From Candidatus Woesearchaeota archaeon (lineage in GTDB: Archaea > Nanobdellota > Nanobdellia > Nanobdellales > Nanobdellaceae), in assembly GCA_964468425.1 (NCBI GenBank), contig CAYXSZ010000038.1, positions 1-5,503 of the forward strand: a stretch of DNA of 5,503 nt, written 5' to 3'. Shown piece after piece: positions 1 to 4,000 of the stretch; within the stretch, counting starts at the first letter, position 1; the number at the start of each line of letters is the position of its first letter. The notes beneath the pieces were generated by a model. The model was given only the letters and a program-made list of their open reading frames with translations, was not told the DNA's origin and searched no databases. Both the position numbers and the translations under genes were made by a program.

Positions 1-453
1 GGTGAACAAAATATCACCTTTCGGGGCGGTGTAATTGACAAGACAAATAATAACATCTTTATTGGGTGGTACACTCTATTAGACTTCGGAACAAATGGCA
101 CCATCGACGAAGTCCGCATCTATAATAGGGCTTTATCTCCAGAAGAGATAAAGAACTTATTTTATCGTATCCATCTAACACTCTACAACCCCTCAACAAA
201 ACCAATCCAACTAAACAACGCCCACATCTCCATAGGAGACTGCATACTTCCCTTAATATATAACCGCACTTTCATAACAAGTACAGGTAAATCGATCATC
301 TACCCCAATGAGCAGATAACATTAAAGGTAAGTCTGATTGATCCTAAGGATAATAAATACTGTCACGTAGATCCCGGAAAGCGCTATCAAATTTGTTTGA
401 TAGCTCAGGGGAATAAAGTTTGCGGGGAGCTGAGGGTTCCAAGCGTTACATAA
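1..453 (+). CDS. C-terminal part of a LamG / concanavalin-A-like lectin domain surface protein (5' end outside the window)
   Basis: Frame 1 is open from nt 1 to TAA at 451-453. It is absent from the ORF track because no start lies in the window. The translation contains GTIDEVRIYNRALSPEEIKNLF (nt 97-162), the signature C-terminal motif of LamG_3/ConA-like lectin-glucanase domains. A beta-rich tail of about 95 aa follows, with 4 Cys. There are 3 N-X-S/T sequons (NIT, NGT, NRT), consistent with an extracellular protein. Confidence 0.8.
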   Translation, partial: GEQNITFRGGVIDKTNNNIFIGWYTLLDFGTNGTIDEVRIYNRALSPEEIKNLFYRIHLTLYNPSTKPIQLNNAHISIGDCILPLIYNRTFITSTGKSIIYPNEQITLKVSLIDPKDNKYCHVDPGKRYQICLIAQGNKVCGELRVPSVT

Positions 454-462
454 AAAATTTAG
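452..462 (+). promoter_or_regulatory. Putative archaeal TATA-like element (AAAAAATTTAG) for the C/D sRNA transcript
   Basis: This A/T block is centred about 27-30 nt upstream of box C at 487, which fits archaeal TATA-to-start spacing of about 26 nt. It overlaps the stop codon of the LamG gene. On the minus strand it reads as a T6 run 19 nt past the stop of ORF 476-1069, so it could also be a terminator. Confidence 0.35.
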
Positions 463-475
463 AAGCTAAGCCAAA

Positions 476-1069
476 CTAGTTAGAATATGATGATGGCGAT
501 CCAGTCCGAGCTGTGAAGACTCCTTTAAGTGCTGATGATGATGGACGAAAACTCAGATTACATGAAGAGGGACCAAAACTCTGATCTAATTTAATCCTCA
601 ACGCCAGGTATATAGATTTTAATATAATTCTCATTCTATAGCGTACATTTTCTCTAGAAGACCCATCGTAAAGTTGGATTGTAGCGTTGTTAGTGTATAC
701 TTTAGTTTTTGTTGCATAGCCGAATTTCAATTTGTCAACAATCGTATTCACACTTAGTTCGCACGAGGATGGATAGTATTTACCTAAAACCCATAATATT
801 CTGTCTTCGTACTTTAACGAAATCGCGACCTTCCACTCGTATCCGCTTCGATTAAGAACGTGTAATTCCAAGGAATTTCCTTGCAAGTGATCTAGAATGC
901 TTTCTAGAATACCTACACACCTTCTAGTGTTTTCGAGTTTATAGCAATCTCCGTCCAGAATTCTTTCCAGGCACCTTCTCGCGATGTGCGTTACGTTGAC
1001 ACTAATAGAATTCACGACGAGGTAATCGTTCATAGGTTCTTTCTCTCCTCCTTGCTGGAGCTGCTGCAT
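476..1069 (-). CDS. Hypothetical protein, 197 aa (possibly 185 aa from the ATG at 1033)
   Basis: This is the only long ORF in the region. It starts 28 nt downstream of the primase stop on the same strand, so it is probably co-transcribed. I recognise no family motif. An internal ATG at 1031-1033 is preceded by AGGAGG (1047-1052), but with a long 13-nt spacer, so the start is ambiguous. The last ~36 codons (Ser/Pro-rich tail SFGPSSCNLSFRPSSSALKGVFTARTGSPSSYSN) are antisense to the two C/D sRNA units and may not be genuinely coding. Confidence 0.55.
   Translation of the reverse strand: MQQLQQGGEKEPMNDYLVVNSISVNVTHIARRCLERILDGDCYKLENTRRCVGILESILDHLQGNSLELHVLNRSGYEWKVAISLKYEDRILWVLGKYYPSSCELSVNTIVDKLKFGYATKTKVYTNNATIQLYDGSSRENVRYRMRIILKSIYLALRIKLDQSFGPSSCNLSFRPSSSALKGVFTARTGSPSSYSN
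487..535 (+). ncRNA. C/D box sRNA, unit 1 (2'-O-methylation guide)
   Basis: Box C ATGATGA (487-493), 12-nt guide TGGCGATCCAGT, box D' CCGA (506-509), 4-nt loop GCTG, box C' TGAAGA (514-519), 12-nt guide CTCCTTTAAGTG, box D CTGA (532-535). This is the canonical archaeal layout with both spacers exactly 12 nt. The D guide is complementary to the conserved 16S ACUUAAAGGA segment. Confidence 0.75.
535..584 (+). ncRNA. C/D box sRNA, unit 2 (directly abuts unit 1)
   Basis: Box C ATGATGA (535-541, sharing A535 with the D box of unit 1), 12-nt guide TGGACGAAAACT, box D' CAGA (554-557), 5-nt loop TTACA, box C' TGAAGA (563-568), 12-nt guide GGGACCAAAACT, box D CTGA (581-584). Confidence 0.7.
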
Positions 1070-1097
1070 AATAAGAGTGATTACGCTTGCAAAAGAT

Positions 1098-2468
1098 TTA
1101 AGCTTTACTGTCCTCTTTGCTTTTGTATAGTTTCAACTTCTTTATCGGGTATGAGATAGGGTTTTTAACAAGTTTGCAAATTTCGTCCGGCTGGCAAACT
1201 CCCATGTCCTTGTAATATCCCTCGTTTGAGCAGTTTGGTGGGAGATACTTCAATCCTTTATTGTATTTATCTTTATGCCAGCTTATTTGATACTCGATGT
1301 ATCTTTCCCTCAATGGATCTGGGTTATTTTCGTTCCAGTTATTTAATTCTCTTTCAATTTCATCCCATCCCCATCCAAGATTGTACAGGAAATTTATTAA
1401 GATGAATACAGCCCTCTTTCGCCCATCCTCCACTCCTTCCAAAATGTTTTTTATGCAAGGAGGAAAATACTCTTTGGGAACTTTTCCTTTAAATTTAGCT
1501 TTGGATCTTTTGATATCTTTTTCGATCTCCTGCTCTAAACTCGCCTTGATTTGAGTAGTTTTTATTCTTTCTTGTTCCAAGGAGTTCCTAACACTCCATA
1601 TGATTGCTTTTCTAAAGAGCTTGGCAACGTTTTTGTCTTCTTCCAAGTTGTCTGGAAGAAATTCGATCCCCTCGTATGTGTAATAGCCCAGATCAGCGAC
1701 TTCTGGATTGAAGCTTAAAACACTTTCTTTTCGAATTGGAACTGATAACCTCTCTGTTTTCTCATTGATCGAATAGGGCATTCTGATTAAATGTCTAGAT
1801 GAAATTAGAATGGTGTCTATTTCGATTATGTGAAAAGGCGAGAACTTTTCAGGGAGAATATCTAAGTTGTTTTCTCTGATTAGTTCTTCAATTCCAAAAT
1901 TTATTTCGATATATCTTCTTAGATCTTTTTCGATTTGAGAGGCTATGTAAGAAGCGACGATCCTTGCAAGCTCTGGAAATAAATTTTTAGTTTCTTCTTC
2001 AGCTATTTCTTCTTTTTTAAAGATTTTTACTTTTTTCGGTAAAGTTTCCCATGGAATGAAGATGTGAAATCCCTTACCACCGGAGTATTTAATATAAACG
2101 TTTTTAATTTCGTTATTTTCTAGGAACTTGAGGATTAAATAAGCTGTATATTTAGAAATGTCGAAGTTCTTTGAATCCAGGTCGATTACGAAGTCCCATC
2201 CAATGCGTAGATCATTCAGCTCTCTTTTTTTTAATTTAGTTGAGAGTTGTAGCGGGTTTATCCAGCGTTCAACGGACATATGAAATGAGATAGCTCCTTT
2301 TTTAACTAGTTCGAGGATATCTCCTTCGTTTTCGAGAGTATAAGGTCTCTTTCCGAAGCCTCCATTTTCAAACATGTATCCTACCTCTCGATTGATCGAG
2401 ATTCGAACCATTTCTTCGAGAATTTCGGGATTTTTTTTGTAAAATGCGAGAAGCTTTGTTTTTAGCAT
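1098..2468 (-). CDS. priS: DNA primase, single-chain fusion of a PriS (AEP catalytic) domain and a PriL-type Fe-S C-terminal domain
   Basis: AEP motif I is GWDFVIDLD (D96/D98, nt 2175-2183). Motif II is SGGKGFHIF (aa 129-137). Motif III is IEID(218)...SSRHLIRMPYSINEKT. After a charged linker (aa ~296-330) comes a PriL-CTD-like region: FPPC(338)IKNIL...YQISW...YLPPNC(413)...GVC(425)QPDEIC(431). These four Cys are the only cysteines in the protein. Confidence 0.9.
   Translation of the reverse strand: MLKTKLLAFYKKNPEILEEMVRISINREVGYMFENGGFGKRPYTLENEGDILELVKKGAISFHMSVERWINPLQLSTKLKKRELNDLRIGWDFVIDLDSKNFDISKYTAYLILKFLENNEIKNVYIKYSGGKGFHIFIPWETLPKKVKIFKKEEIAEEETKNLFPELARIVASYIASQIEKDLRRYIEINFGIEELIRENNLDILPEKFSPFHIIEIDTILISSRHLIRMPYSINEKTERLSVPIRKESVLSFNPEVADLGYYTYEGIEFLPDNLEEDKNVAKLFRKAIIWSVRNSLEQERIKTTQIKASLEQEIEKDIKRSKAKFKGKVPKEYFPPCIKNILEGVEDGRKRAVFILINFLYNLGWGWDEIERELNNWNENNPDPLRERYIEYQISWHKDKYNKGLKYLPPNCSNEGYYKDMGVCQPDEICKLVKNPISYPIKKLKLYKSKEDSKA
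1134..1481 (-). other. PriL C-terminal (4Fe-4S cluster) domain-like segment inside the primase CDS
   Basis: Covers aa ~330-445. It has the PPC motif plus three further Cys (C338, C413, C425, C431; codons span nt 1176-1457), with spacing and context typical of the PriL-CTD iron-sulfur domain. Confidence 0.75.
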
Positions 2469-2512
2469 GGAAATATAGTTTGCTAAAAAGTTAAGAAGTG
2501 AAGGAGCTAAGC

Positions 2513-2520
2513 TTTAAATC
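2513..2520 (+). promoter_or_regulatory. Archaeal TATA box (TTTAAATC) for tRNA-Gly
   Basis: This is a consensus-like TTTAAAT element centred about 27 nt upstream of G2544, the first nucleotide of the mature tRNA. Its core TTTAAA is palindromic and sits in the 75-bp divergent spacer shared with the primase gene. Confidence 0.6.
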
Positions 2521-2543
2521 TTTTGAAGGTATTAATAGAAATC

Positions 2544-2615
2544 GCGCCGGTCGTCTAGCGGCTAGGATACGGGCCTTCCAAGCCCGTGACCCGGATTCGA
2601 ATCCCGGCCGGCGCA
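2544..2615 (+). tRNA. tRNA-Gly, anticodon UCC
   Basis: Hand-folded cloverleaf of 72 nt. Acceptor stem GCGCCGG/CCGGCGC with discriminator A2615. D arm GUCU/AGGAU with loop AGCGGCUA. Anticodon stem CGGGC/GCCCG with loop CUUCCAA (anticodon TCC at 2577-2579). Variable loop of 4 nt (TGAC). T arm CCGGA-TTCGAAT-CCCGG. No CCA is encoded and there is no intron. Confidence 0.95.
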
Positions 2616-2616
2616 G

Positions 2617-2642
2617 TTTTAGAGAATTTTACTACTTTTTTT
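2617..2642 (+). terminator. Oligo-T termination region after the tRNA
   Basis: TTTT sits right after the discriminator base (2617-2620), followed by TTTT (2627-2630) and a T7 run (2636-2642). Archaeal RNA polymerase terminates at oligo-T tracts. Confidence 0.5.
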
Positions 2643-2655
2643 AGATTAAGAAGCG

Positions 2656-2662
2656 TTAAAAA
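2656..2662 (+). promoter_or_regulatory. Putative TATA-like element (TTAAAAA) for the ATPase operon
   Basis: Centred about 27-28 nt upstream of the ATG at 2687, with no Shine-Dalgarno sequence in between. This implies a leaderless mRNA. Confidence 0.4.
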
Positions 2663-2686
2663 CTGCGAAGATTATTAACTAAAATA

Positions 2687-4000
2687 ATGGTAGATATCGT
2701 TGTTGGGAGAGATATGGATGATTTGGAAAAATTCGGACTTTTTGGGACAATTTTTATTGGAAAGGAATATATTAAAATGGAAAACATTCTTTCTCTTGCG
2801 AATAGAGTGTACTTAGATGTTAATAAGCCTCATCTCATTTTGATTTGCGGGAAGCGAGGACAAGGAAAATCGTATACGCTAGCTTCTGTTGCTGAAAGCA
2901 TTGCAATGCTTCCAAAAGATCTTGCAAACAACGTTTCTATCTTGATTTTTGATACTATGGGTATTTTTTGGACTATGAAGTTTCCCAACTATAGAGACGC
3001 CGAACTCCTAGAACGCTGGGGACTTAAACCCCAAGGGCTAAAAAACACACGAGTCCTGGTCCCAGAAGGGCTCGTGGACCTTTATAAGGATATCGATATT
3101 CCTCTGGATGACGTTTTTACGTTAAATCCTTCAGATCTTTCTGGATTCGAGTGGAGCTTAGTTTTTAACCTGGATCCGACCTCACCCATAGCCATTTATA
3201 TTCAAAAACTGGTAAGGAATTTTAAGCAGAGAGAAAGTTTGTTTTCTCTTGAAGAGTTCATTAGATATGTTGAGACTAAAAATCTTGATCCAAAAATCAG
3301 GGACGCTATCGTTAATTACTTTGAGAGCGCAATTGATTGGGGGTTGTTCTCCGAAAATGCTCCGAGAATCAAAAGTCTTGCTAGACCGGGATTCGTTAAC
3401 ATTCTAGATGTCTCAATGTACACAGCTCTAACCGGTGGATGGTCTGTAAAGAACTTAGTCATTGGTCTAGTTTCCAAAAAACTTTTCTATGAGAGAATGT
3501 TATTTAGAAAGAAGGAAGAGCTGGAGGAAGCTCATCTAGGTTATGAAGTAAGGGAGAGGGAATTTCCCTTGATTTGGATTATGATTGATGAAGCTCACGA
3601 GTGTCTTCCTCTAAAGGAAGTTACGCCAGCAACAGAACCCCTGATTCAAATTATTAGAGAAGGACGCCAACCTGGTATAACGTTGGTTTTAGCTACTCAA
3701 CAACCGGGAAAAATTCATACAGATGTTATAACCCAGTCGGATATAGTGATAGCTCATAGAGTTACAGCTCAGCGAGACTTAAAAGCTCTGAATGAGATCA
3801 TGAAAAACTTTTCAGCTCAAGATATCGAGGTTTACATGAACGAAAACCTTCCAAAGAGAAAAGGAGCTGCGCTGATTTTGGATGATAAATCTGAAAGAAT
3901 TTATCCTGTTCAAATGAAGCCAAGAGTCTCTTGGCACGGTGGACAAGATCCTACACTAATTAGGAAGCGAATATGGCTCGAGGAGTTGCGAAGCAGGTAG
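2687..4000 (+). CDS. HerA/FtsK-superfamily P-loop ATPase (HerA/DUF87-like), with a short N-terminal domain
   Basis: Walker A is GKRGQGKS (aa 55-62, nt 2849-2872). Walker B is IWIMIDEAH (aa 296-304, nt 3572-3598). The LVLATQQPGKIHTDVITQSDIVIAHRVT block matches the ATQRP...Q(S/C)(D/N)...R signature of HerA-clade ATPases. A C-terminal KPRVSWHGG motif is present. No TM segments are seen. Confidence 0.85.
   Translation: MVDIVVGRDMDDLEKFGLFGTIFIGKEYIKMENILSLANRVYLDVNKPHLILICGKRGQGKSYTLASVAESIAMLPKDLANNVSILIFDTMGIFWTMKFPNYRDAELLERWGLKPQGLKNTRVLVPEGLVDLYKDIDIPLDDVFTLNPSDLSGFEWSLVFNLDPTSPIAIYIQKLVRNFKQRESLFSLEEFIRYVETKNLDPKIRDAIVNYFESAIDWGLFSENAPRIKSLARPGFVNILDVSMYTALTGGWSVKNLVIGLVSKKLFYERMLFRKKEELEEAHLGYEVREREFPLIWIMIDEAHECLPLKEVTPATEPLIQIIREGRQPGITLVLATQQPGKIHTDVITQSDIVIAHRVTAQRDLKALNEIMKNFSAQDIEVYMNENLPKRKGAALILDDKSERIYPVQMKPRVSWHGGQDPTLIRKRIWLEELRSR

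Noticed and set aside
434-444. GGGTTCCAAGC, a T-loop-like motif that might mark a split tRNA half
   Set aside because: No flanking complementary stems, acceptor strand or anticodon arm can be drawn. Position 57 would be a pyrimidine. The motif lies in the coding 3' end of the LamG gene.
464-471. The 8-mer AGCTAAGC occurs upstream of both RNA genes (464-471 before the sRNAs, 2505-2512 before the tRNA), which could be a shared promoter/BRE motif
   Set aside because: Its distance to the RNA 5' ends differs (23 vs 39 nt), and it lies downstream of the TATA-like block in one case and upstream in the other. A single repeated 8-mer in 5.5 kb on two strands is expected by chance.
476-1069. The hypothetical ORF as GINS (Gins51/Gins15), because archaeal gins51 is often next to priS and the size (~185-197 aa) fits
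   Set aside because: This rests only on gene neighbourhood. I see no recognisable GINS A-domain helical pattern or conserved motif. The middle of the protein looks beta-rich rather than having a long helical N-domain. It is worth an HHpred check but is not callable from sequence.
1297-1554. 85-aa plus-strand ORF from the track
   Set aside because: It lies entirely antisense to the well-supported primase CDS. The translation is low-complexity (Ser/Leu/Phe-rich) with no motif and no promoter or RBS context. It is a shadow ORF.
1098-4000. GC-content differences between genes as evidence of horizontal transfer
   Set aside because: Hand counts of individual 60-nt lines range from about 22% to about 52% GC, but they also vary widely within single genes (for example within the primase). 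There is no clean boundary and no proper window statistics, so this is not interpretable.
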